A stretch of DNA of 64,000 nucleotides, taken from the NCBI GenBank assembly GCA_963755915.1, contig CAVWLP010000002.1:3328001-3392000 (forward strand), in the 5' to 3' direction. Shown here piece by piece: positions 52,472 through 60,861 of the stretch; position 1 is the stretch's first letter; each line of letters begins with the position of its first letter. The position numbers and the translations under genes are program-made. Origin of the DNA: an uncultured Phycisphaerales bacterium (GTDB taxonomy: Bacteria; Planctomycetota; Phycisphaerae; Tepidisphaerales; Tepidisphaeraceae). Below the pieces are notes generated by a model. It was not told where the DNA came from. It worked only from the letters and a program-made list of their open reading frames with translations, and ran no database searches.

Positions 52472-53147
52472 TGGCGCTTCCCCCTTTCGTGCCGGCGGCG
52501 GCGAGGGCGGCCTGGAAGATTCGGGGATAGGTGCCGCAGCGGCAGAAATTTCCTTTGCAGGCTTCGCGGACTTGTTGCTCGGTGGGGTGGGGATTTTTTT
52601 TGAGGAGGCCGGTGATGGAGGTGACGAAGCCGTCGGTGCAGTAGCCGCACATCATGGCGTCCTTTTCACCGAAGGCGGCTTGCACGGGGCTGAGGTTGTC
52701 GGGGGTGCCGATGCCTTCGACGGTGAGGATTTTTTTGCCGATGACGTCGACGGCGAGGTTCATGCAGCCGTAGACGGGTTTGTCGTTGAGGAGGACGGTG
52801 CAGGCGCCGCAGGTGGCCATGTCGCAGACGAGCTTGGGTCCGGTGACGGGGGGGTCCATGTTGTTGCGGAGGGCGTTGAGGAGAGTGGTGCGGGGTTCGA
52901 CGGTTACCTTGCGGTTTTGGCCGTTGACGTTGAGGGTGATTTCGATGTTGCCGGAGATGGGTTTGTTGGTGGCGTCGGCGGGGTCGAGTTTGGGTTCGTC
53001 GGCTTTGAGGAGGGAGGGGTCGCCGACGATTGCGCCGACGCCGGCGACGCCGACGCCTTGCAAAAATCGGCGGCGGGTGAATCCGGCGGCCGAGTTTGCG
53101 GGGGAATTTCCCGCCGAGTTCCCCCCCTTGCCATTCGCCTGATCCAT
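52464..53147 (-). CDS. Tat-signal 2Fe-2S subunit (PaoA/YagT-like)
   Basis: TRRRFLQG, CDMATCGACTV, CGYCTDG, GNFCRCGTY. Confidence 0.93.
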   Translation of the reverse strand: MDQANGKGGNSAGNSPANSAAGFTRRRFLQGVGVAGVGAIVGDPSLLKADEPKLDPADATNKPISGNIEITLNVNGQNRKVTVEPRTTLLNALRNNMDPPVTGPKLVCDMATCGACTVLLNDKPVYGCMNLAVDVIGKKILTVEGIGTPDNLSPVQAAFGEKDAMMCGYCTDGFVTSITGLLKKNPHPTEQQVREACKGNFCRCGTYPRIFQAALAAAGTKGGSANG

Positions 53148-53232
53148 CGCGAATCCTCCAGGTTGGATCGGATTGTATCCAAGGATGCGGCAGAGTCCAC
53201 GTCGCTTTTCCACCCGCACTGCATCTACTCGT

Positions 53233-53302
53233 CCCCCTCGCCTGGTGCTCCGGCCTTCGGCTCCGAGACTCAGGCTCGAAGAGGGGAGGGTTGGGGCGGG
53301 GG
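53233..53302 (-). repeat. Family-A repeat with a nested family-C repeat (GCCTTCGGCTCYGAGRCTCAGGCTCGA)
   Basis: Family-A halves flank 53253-53279, which matches 44172-44198. Confidence 0.7.
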
Positions 53303-53362
53303 TCTTCCAGTCAATCGGATTAAATTAGGAGGCTACGGACCCGTTCGCTTGCGAGAATCCTT

Positions 53363-53524
53363 CTATTGGGGTGGAATCCCAATATCCGTAGGAATTCCCA
53401 CATTGACCGGATGAGTGTTGGCAACCGGCTGAGTGGCCGGCGAAATCGTGGCTTTATTGCTGTTGCAGGCGCAGGCCGAAATAAATGCCAATAGTAGAAC
53501 TGCGGCGATTATTCTCTCGGGCAT
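53363..53524 (-). CDS. Short lipoprotein-like ORF, possibly a remnant
   Basis: MPERIIAAVLLLAFISAC.. plus ATQP motif, then an early stop. Confidence 0.4.
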   Translation of the reverse strand: MPERIIAAVLLLAFISACACNSNKATISPATQPVANTHPVNVGIPTDIGIPPQ

Positions 53525-53686
53525 ATGGGCTCCTATCCAGGTCGGTCGGCTCTGCATTGGCCTAGTGATGGGCTGTTTCTCGTCAACTTTCAGCATTGTA
53601 ACACGAATTTTAGCGTGTCCCTTCATCCGTAAGGTGAGAACGTTGGCGCATCAATTTACTGCGGCCCGATTAAGATATTTCACCCG

Positions 53687-54424
53687 ATGTCCGAAAAACC
53701 GCCGCTCATCGATTTCGCCACCAAACCCGGTGAGCCATATTGCGGAAACTGCGGGTACAACCTTTCGGGCCTGGCCGATTCCCTCCGTTGCCCCGAATGC
53801 GGCAAGCCCATCATCGAAGTCCTCATGCGCCGCGAATTTTCGCGCGCCGTCGGCAAAAGATATCGGTCCAGCGCGAGACTTTTCGGTTTACCGGTCGTCG
53901 ATATCGCCTTGGGGCCGTCGGGCGCGGAGCGGCGGGGAAAGGCGCGCGGCATTATTGCCATCGGCGATTCGGCTGTGGGGTGGATCGCGATTGGAAGCTT
54001 TGCGCGGGGGATTGTCGCCATCGGTGCGATTGCCATCGGCGTGTTCGCCATGGGGGCGTGGGCAATCGGCCTGCTCACGGCTTTCGGAGGTGGGGCGATC
54101 GCACTTACCGTCTGTACCGGCGGGTTATCGTTGGGAGGTATTTCTTTCGGCGGGGTGGCGGTCGGATTCATCGCGCAGGGGAGGGTGTCGATCGGGCATT
54201 TTGCTCGCGGCGCTTCGGCGATCGGGCGACGATTTCCGCCGCGCTTGAGACAACTTCATTGGTTGCTTGGAAAATTTCCACCGACGCCATTGGATTCGCT
54301 GCGGCCGATGTTGCTTACGCTGGGGCCGTTGCTGGTCGCCGGGGGTTTAATTTGTCTGTTGGCGCTGGCGCGTACGAATTCTGTGAAGGGGGAGGATCAG
54401 AGTCCTACCGGTGGGCCGGATTGA
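53687..54424 (+). CDS. Zinc-ribbon plus Gly/Ala-rich membrane protein
   Basis: CGNCGYNLSGL..RCPECG; RYRSSARLFGLP; repeated GxxAIG hydrophobic segments. Confidence 0.8.
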   Translation: MSEKPPLIDFATKPGEPYCGNCGYNLSGLADSLRCPECGKPIIEVLMRREFSRAVGKRYRSSARLFGLPVVDIALGPSGAERRGKARGIIAIGDSAVGWIAIGSFARGIVAIGAIAIGVFAMGAWAIGLLTAFGGGAIALTVCTGGLSLGGISFGGVAVGFIAQGRVSIGHFARGASAIGRRFPPRLRQLHWLLGKFPPTPLDSLRPMLLTLGPLLVAGGLICLLALARTNSVKGEDQSPTGGPD

Positions 54425-54470
54425 TTTTTGCGAGTGTCAAGCGGCGGTGTAATCTGGAATCAAAGAAGAA

Positions 54471-55013
54471 ATGACAACTGATTCACCCATTGGTCTCGAA
54501 ATTATCCGCGAAGCGGCGGCGGTGGAGCTGCCCACCATTCGTGAACTCCACATCCAGGCGTTCGGCGGTCGATCGGCAGAGGCAACCCTTGTCGAGCTTC
54601 TGCATAAGGCCGGGAAAGCCAATCCGTCGCTCGTGGCGGTCGGCGAGGGGCGAATCGTGGCGCACCTGGTTTTTTCGCCGGTTTCGATTGATGGCGCCGA
54701 ATCCGTAAACATCAAGGTGGCCGGCCTTGGGCCGGTGGCTGTGCTGCCCACTTATCAGCGCCGAGGCATCGGCTCACGACTGGTTCAGGCCGGGCTGGAC
54801 GCCTGTCAGGCCCACCGGTTCGATGCGATTGTCGTGCTGGGCAGCCCGCGGTTCTACGGGCGCTTTGGTTTTCGCCCGGCCATGGATTTTGGGCTGAGCA
54901 ATGAATATGTGAATGATGGCCATTTTATGGTTCGGGAGTTGCATAGTGGCGTTCTGCCGGGACTCAAGGGCATGGTTCGATACGCGCCGGAGTTTCAATT
55001 GGCGGGGTGCTAA
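54471..55013 (+). CDS. GNAT N-acetyltransferase (YhbS-like)
   Basis: LGPVAVLPTYQRRGIGSRLV, VLGSPRFYGRFGF. Confidence 0.92.
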   Translation: MTTDSPIGLEIIREAAAVELPTIRELHIQAFGGRSAEATLVELLHKAGKANPSLVAVGEGRIVAHLVFSPVSIDGAESVNIKVAGLGPVAVLPTYQRRGIGSRLVQAGLDACQAHRFDAIVVLGSPRFYGRFGFRPAMDFGLSNEYVNDGHFMVRELHSGVLPGLKGMVRYAPEFQLAGC

Positions 55014-55044
55014 GTAGGGACGCAAAATGATTGCGGATGTCTTT

Positions 55045-55160
55045 CCCGTCGCCCGGTACTGCGGGAGAGGACAACCGCAGCGCGGGTGAGGGCCGTTTTC
55101 TGCGTGATGTCTCTCAAGACCCTCACCCTAACCCTCTCCCGGAGTACCGGGCGAGGGGGT
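55045..55160. repeat. Inverted pair of family-A repeats (REPIN-like) between convergent genes
   Basis: Reverse copy ~55045-55093 and forward copy 55119-55159. Confidence 0.8.
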
Positions 55161-55238
55161 GAGGAAATTACGGCAATCATTTTGCGTTCCTACTTAGGTA
55201 AAAATACCAAGGAACGATTACTACACATAGCGGCGTTT

Positions 55239-56657
55239 TCAGGTCCGGATTGCCGCGATTTCGCGGTATAGGGCGGAGATGATTTTTTCAATATCGTCCA
55301 TACCCATTGCCAATGGGGGCATGAGGACGATGACGTCGCCGAGGGGACGGAGGATTACGCCGTGCTGGCGGACGCGGGCGCAGACGGCGGCGCCGGTGCG
55401 GGATTTGGGGTCGAAGGGTTTGTTGCGATTTTTGTCGGCGGTGAGTTCGACGCCGGCCATGAAGCCTTTTTGGCGAACATCGATCACGTGTTTGAGGGGG
55501 CGGAGCTGCTGGAGCATGTGGGCCATTTGCAGCGATTTTTCCTGGACTGATTCGAGGAGGCGGTGTTTTTCGAAGAGGTCGAGGGAGGCAATCGCGGCGG
55601 CGCAGGCGACGGGGTTGCCGGTATAGGTGTGGCCGTGGAAGAAGGTTTTGCCTTCCCAGGGGTCGCCAAGGAAGGCGTCGAAGATTTTCTGGGTGGCGAA
55701 GGTTGCGGCGAGGGGGAGATAGCCGCCGGTGATACCTTTGCCTACGCACATCAGGTCGGGGGAGACGTTTTCGTGCTCGCAGGCGAACATTTTTCCGGTG
55801 CGACCGAAACCGGTGGCGACTTCGTCGGCGATCAGCAGGACGTTGTGGCGGTCGCATAGTTCTCTTATGCCGCGCAAAAAGCCCGGGGGTTGGAGAATGA
55901 TTCCGCCGGCGCCTTGCACCATGGGCTCGATGCAGATGGCGGCGATTTTTTCGGAGCGGTCTTTCAATATTGCTTCCACCGCCGGCAGGTCCAGGGGGGC
56001 GGAATGGACGGGGAACATGAGGGGGAAATAGGGGTGGTGGAATTCGGGGATGCGGCCGACGGAGATGGCGCCGACGGTGTCGCCGTGATAGGCGCCTTTG
56101 AAGGCGACGAATTCGGAGCGCGAGGGTTGGCCGAGGTTGTGCCAATACTGGACGGCCATTTTGAAGGCGATTTCGGTGGCGGTTGCGCCGGCGTCGCTAT
56201 AGAAGATCTTGGTTAGTCCCGCGGGGACGATTTTCATCAGGCGTTCGGCGAGGAGGATCGGGGGCTCGCTGGAGAGGCCGAGCATGGTGGTGTGGGCGAC
56301 GCGGGAGAGTTGCCAGCGGACGGCGCCGTCGATTTCCATGACGCGGTGGCCGTGGACGTTGCACCAGAGGCTGGAGACGCCGTCGAGGTAGCGATTGCCG
56401 TCGCTGTCGATGAGGTACATTCCCTCGGCGTCGGTGATGACCAGGGGTTCGTCGGCGAGCCACTGCTTCATGTGGGTGAAGGGGTGCCAGACATATCGGC
56501 GGTCGAGCTCGCGCAGAGTTTTGGTGTCGCGCGGGGCGTGGGGATCTTTTGCCGGCTCCGGCGGCGGGTCGGGCTGGAGCTGCTGCTGTGGCTCCGGCTC
56601 CGGCGCCTCGGGAACCTGGCGCGATGGGAAATAGGAGAATGGGCTGTCGGGGGTCAT
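55239..56657 (-). CDS. bioA: Adenosylmethionine-8-amino-7-oxononanoate aminotransferase
   Basis: YVWHPFT, SSLWCNVHGH, YHGDT, DEVATGFGRTG, GKGITGGYLP, LRPLGD; ATG overlaps the upstream TGA. Confidence 0.93.
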   Translation of the reverse strand: MTPDSPFSYFPSRQVPEAPEPEPQQQLQPDPPPEPAKDPHAPRDTKTLRELDRRYVWHPFTHMKQWLADEPLVITDAEGMYLIDSDGNRYLDGVSSLWCNVHGHRVMEIDGAVRWQLSRVAHTTMLGLSSEPPILLAERLMKIVPAGLTKIFYSDAGATATEIAFKMAVQYWHNLGQPSRSEFVAFKGAYHGDTVGAISVGRIPEFHHPYFPLMFPVHSAPLDLPAVEAILKDRSEKIAAICIEPMVQGAGGIILQPPGFLRGIRELCDRHNVLLIADEVATGFGRTGKMFACEHENVSPDLMCVGKGITGGYLPLAATFATQKIFDAFLGDPWEGKTFFHGHTYTGNPVACAAAIASLDLFEKHRLLESVQEKSLQMAHMLQQLRPLKHVIDVRQKGFMAGVELTADKNRNKPFDPKSRTGAAVCARVRQHGVILRPLGDVIVLMPPLAMGMDDIEKIISALYREIAAIRT

Positions 56658-57503
56658 TTCAGTTTCACCGTGTCTCCTACACGCAGGCCGAGTTGTTTGG
56701 CGGCGGAGCCGTCGCGGATGGCGATTTCGACCAACCCGGAACTGCCGAAGAGGGCCAGGGGGTGGCCGGGGGCGACGTCGAAATAAGTGCGTTTGAAACC
56801 GCCGAGGCGTTTTCGTTTTACGGAGATTTTCCGGCGGGCCAGTGCGATCGAGGGATTCGCGGGCGATATTGGTGGTGGCGTTGCCGAAATGATCGATGTG
56901 GATGATCTGACCCGATTCTGAGCCGGACTGAGCGGGGGCGATTTTGAGGAGGATGGGGTCGTCGATGGATTTGGCAAATTCACTGATGGGGCGGCCACTC
57001 GCAAGCATGGCGGCGACGGGGGCCATGATGTCGCGTCCGTGAAACGTATCGCTGAAGCCCCCTGTGGGGCGCCAGGTGATTTCGTGGGCTTTTCCGGGGC
57101 TGAGGCGGCGCCAGGTCCAGGTAAGCAGGCCGTTATCGGGGCAGACGATGAGACTTTGGGCGATTTGGGCGATCAGGATTCTGCGGCTGGTGCCGACGCC
57201 CGGGTCTACGACGGCCAGGTGGATGGCGCCGGGGCCGAAGCCGTCTACGGCACGCTCCAGAGTGATAGACCCGCAGAGGATGTCCTGGGGGGGGACGTTA
57301 TGGGTGATGTCGATCAGGACGGCGGTGGGACAGTGGCGGAGGATGGCGCCCTTCATGGCGGCAACGTAGGCATCCGACAAACCAAAGTCGCTGGTCAGCG
57401 TAACAATTGGTGGCCGGAAAGAATCGGGCCGGGGACGGCCCGGCTCAGACCCGAAATCGGGACGTGCGTGGGGGGTGAAATCGGGCTTATGTTTCGCGGC
57501 CAT
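56654..57503 (-). CDS. DUF62 SAM hydroxide adenosyltransferase (chlorinase/fluorinase family; frameshift ~56835)
   Basis: TLTSDFG, VVDPGVGTSRR, TFHGRD, IDHFGN; C-terminal GSSGLVEIAI in a shifted frame. Confidence 0.9.
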
Positions 57504-57522
57504 GATGGGATAGAATATCAGT

Positions 57523-58179
57523 ATGAATCAAGTTGGTGAAATCAGCCCCCAGGATTTAATGATCCGCCAGCAGATCATCGAGCGGGGGATTCGTGACGAG
57601 CGGGTGATCGAGGCGATGCGAGCGGTGCCACGGGAGAAATTCTTTCTGGCCGATTCGCGCGATACGGCTTACGCGGACCGGGCGGCGCCGATCGGGCATG
57701 GGCAGACGATATCGCAGCCTTATATGGTGGCGCTGATGACGGCGCGGCTGCAAGTCGGGCCGGAGCATAAGGTTTTGGAGATCGGGACGGGGAGCGGATA
57801 TCAGACGGCGATTTTGTGCAAGCTGGCGCGGGAGGTTTATTCGGTCGAGCGCGTCAAACCGCTGCTGGATGAGGCGTTTGAGCGGCTGCTTTCTCAGGAT
57901 ATCCGGAATGTGCACTTTCGGTTCGGGGATGGGACGCTGGGATGGCCGGAGGCGGCGCCGTTTGATCGGATTTTGATCGCGGCGGGGGCGCCGAAAATTC
58001 CTGAGGCGCTGATCAAGAGCCAGCTCGCGGATGGGGGGATAGCGGTGCTTCCGGTCGGGCCGGCGGATCAGCAGACGCTTGTGGAAGTTCACCGCAAAGG
58101 GGATTTGCTTGAGACTATGGATATCTGTGCTTGCCGATTTGTGAAACTGATCGGGGCTGAGGGATGGTCGGGGGACTGA
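57523..58179 (+). CDS. pcm: Protein-L-isoaspartate O-methyltransferase
   Basis: GQTISQPY, LEIGTGSGYQ, GDGTLGW, APFDRI. Confidence 0.95.
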   Translation: MNQVGEISPQDLMIRQQIIERGIRDERVIEAMRAVPREKFFLADSRDTAYADRAAPIGHGQTISQPYMVALMTARLQVGPEHKVLEIGTGSGYQTAILCKLAREVYSVERVKPLLDEAFERLLSQDIRNVHFRFGDGTLGWPEAAPFDRILIAAGAPKIPEALIKSQLADGGIAVLPVGPADQQTLVEVHRKGDLLETMDICACRFVKLIGAEGWSGD

Positions 58180-58207
58180 GCGCTTCTTGCGCTCGAAAAT
58201 TCTAATC

Positions 58208-58389
58208 TCACCGCAGAGCACGCGGAGAGCGCTGAGGGAAAACGGAATTGTTTCTTTCTTGGCGGTCTTGGTGCCTTGGCGGTTAAACTCCTTTTAATGT
58301 CTCTGGAAAAAGAATTAACCGCCAAGACGCCAAGAGCGCAAGAAAAGAGGTTAATTCTTCCTCTGCGCTCTCTGCGAGCTCTCGGGTGA
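58208..58389. repeat. Nested inverted 9-mer-repeat elements
   Basis: Outer CACCGCAGAGCACGCGGAGAGCGCTGAG / CTCTGCGCTCTCTGCGAGCTCTCGGGTG; inner CTTGGCGGTCTTGGTGCCTTGGCGGTTAA / TTAACCGCCAAGACGCCAAGAGCGCAAG. Confidence 0.8.
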
Positions 58390-60475
58390 AGATTCCAGTG
58401 AATCGGGAAGTGGGGGGGGAGCAAAAATCATCGCTTGAGGAATTGGCGGAAGTTGGGCCGGCGCGGGCGAAGGCGCTGCGCGGGCTGGGCGTTTCAACAC
58501 TTGCGGATTTGCTCGAATATTTCCCGCGCGATTATCAGTATGAGTCTGAGGAGAAGGCGATCGACTTGCTGCGCGACGGGGAGCTTGGGCTGCGCGCGGG
58601 GAAGTGACGGCCGTCAATTACATTACGGGGGGGCATGGGAGGTCGCGGTTTGAGGCTACGCTTTCGGAGGGGACGCATCGGCTTTCGCTGGTTTTTTTTC
58701 ATGGGGCATATCTGCGGCGGCTGATACATCCGGGGCTTATGCTGCGGGTGCGGGGGAGAGTGCAGTTTTTCAAGGGGATTGCCCAGATGGTGAATCCGAA
58801 GTGGGAAGGGGTGGATGAAACGACGCAGCCGGTGGGGGAGTCGAAGTTTCGGGCGATTTATCCGGCGAGTTCGAAAATATCGAGCGAGACTATTGAGCGG
58901 ATTGTTTCGGCGAATTTGGAGCGGGCCGTGGCCGCGATTGAGGAATGGTTTCCTCGGGCTCTGTTGTCGAAACGAAAACTGATGTCGCGGGCGGATGCGT
59001 ATCGGGCAATTCATGAGCCCACGGACCGGTCGCAGGCGATCGCGGCGCGGCGGCGACTGGTTTATGACGAGCTGATGCTCATGCAGCTCGGGCTGATCGC
59101 CAGCCGGCGGATGGCTTCGAACAAAATCTCCGCGCCGGTGATGCGGATTGATAAGACCCTCGATCGGCATATCCGGGCGCGGTTTCCGTTCAGCCTCACG
59201 GCAGCGCAGGACAAGGCGATCTGGCAAATCGTGGCGGATATGAAAAGCGGGAAGCCGATGAAACGGCTGCTCCAGGGGGATGTTGGGAGCGGAAAGACGG
59301 TGGTTGCCCTCTACGCCATGCTCGTGGCCATCACCAACAAGATGCAGGCGGCGCTGCTGGCTCCGACGGAAGTACTGGCGGAACAGCATTTCCTGACGCT
59401 GCGGAATCTATTGGCGGATTCGCGGGTGCATATCGATCTGCTCACCTCCCGGACGCAAAGGCAGAGCCGGGGGGTTGTGGCGGAGCGGATTTCTGAGGGG
59501 CAGACGCATCTTGCGGTGGGGACGCAGGCGCTGATTCAGGAAGGGATCCAGTTTGCCAACCTCGGGCTGGTGATCGTAGATGAGCAGCATCGGCTGGGCG
59601 TGCGACAGCGTGCTACCCTTAGTGATAAGGCGGTCAGCCCACACTACCTGGTGATGACGGCTACGCCGATCCCGCGGACGCTGGCACTTTCGTATTTTGC
59701 GGACTTCGATTTCACGGCGATCGACGAGCTGCCGCCCGGGCGGCAGCCCATACGCACGCGGTGGTTGCGCTCAGGTCAGGCATCCGAGGCGTGGCAGTTT
59801 GTCCGCCAGCAGGTTCGCGATGGGCGGCAGGCGTATGTCGTTCTGCCGCAGATTGAAGAGGATGAAGAGGGGAAATCGGTGCTGGGGCAGATGCGGAGCT
59901 TGGCCGCCGGACCGCTCAAAGAGCTGCGGTTAGCTTGCCTGCATGGGCAGATGTCGACCGAGGACAAAGAGTTAGCGATGGCCAATTTTCGGGAGGGGAA
60001 GATCGATTGTCTTATTGCCACAACAGTTATCGAAGTTGGGATCGACGTGCCGAATGCGACGGTGATGGTTGTGGACGGGGCAGATCGGTTTGGGCTATCG
60101 CAGCTTCATCAGTTGCGCGGGCGCGTGGGGCGTGGGGAGTGGGCGTCGGATTGCATATTGATTGCCGATGCGGCGACGCCTTCGGCAGAGGCGCGCATTG
60201 GGGCGATGCTGCGGACGACGAGCGGGTTTGAGATTGCGGAGATGGATTTGCGGCTGCGCGGGCCGGGGGAATTCTTCGGAACCCGGCAGCATGGGTTGCC
60301 GGAATTTAAGCTTGCCGATGTCACCAGTGAGCTGGAGCTGCTGCGTGTGGCGAAGGACGATGCACAGGCAATAATTGCCGATGACGCCGCGCTCTCGCAG
60401 GCGGCGAATCGGGCGCTGAAAACCGCTCTCGTATCCAAATTTGGTCCCAGCCTCGACTTGGCACAAATTGGCTGA
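58386..60475 (+). CDS. recG: ATP-dependent DNA helicase RecG (frameshift ~58590; start approximate)
   Basis: VGPARAKAL..LLEYFPRDY, QGDVGSGKT, DEQHR, MTATPIPR, QLRGRVGRG, RGPGEFFGTRQHG. Confidence 0.95.
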
Positions 60476-60861
60476 AATCCATTCTCCAGGCATCCGCAAT
60501 TAAAAAAAATTTTAAGCGGGCTCATCTTTGTTTTTGTTCAACCACGGAGTCTATCAATAAGTCGTAATCAAAATATTTTTATAACACATTATGAATACTG
60601 CGCTTAAATCAATAGCAGACCTATGCTTCAGAGGTATGGAGGGCCTGCCGGAAACGAACCATCGTCGGATAATCCCGTATTGATTGGGCGAAGGCGGCAA
60701 GGCGGTGGTGGCCTTGACAGGTAGCTGTTAGGTTTGCAGACTGCCCCGCCCCTGGCCTGAGCGACCGGCAATTTCGTGAAGAAATGGTAGGGATCGGTCG
60801 ATACGAGCGAACAGTTATCAGGCTTTCGGATACAGGAGGCCGTTTCCGCGAATTAAAATCC

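Noticed and set aside
55239-57503. Apparent 754-aa DUF62-BioA fusion
   Set aside because: The DUF62 C-terminal domain is in another frame and ends at a TGA overlapping the bioA ATG; the fusion results from one frameshift near 56835
6263-60475. Programmed frameshifting or phase variation across ~23 genes
   Set aside because: No shared slippery motif, and housekeeping genes such as tsaB are affected; consensus error is more parsimonious
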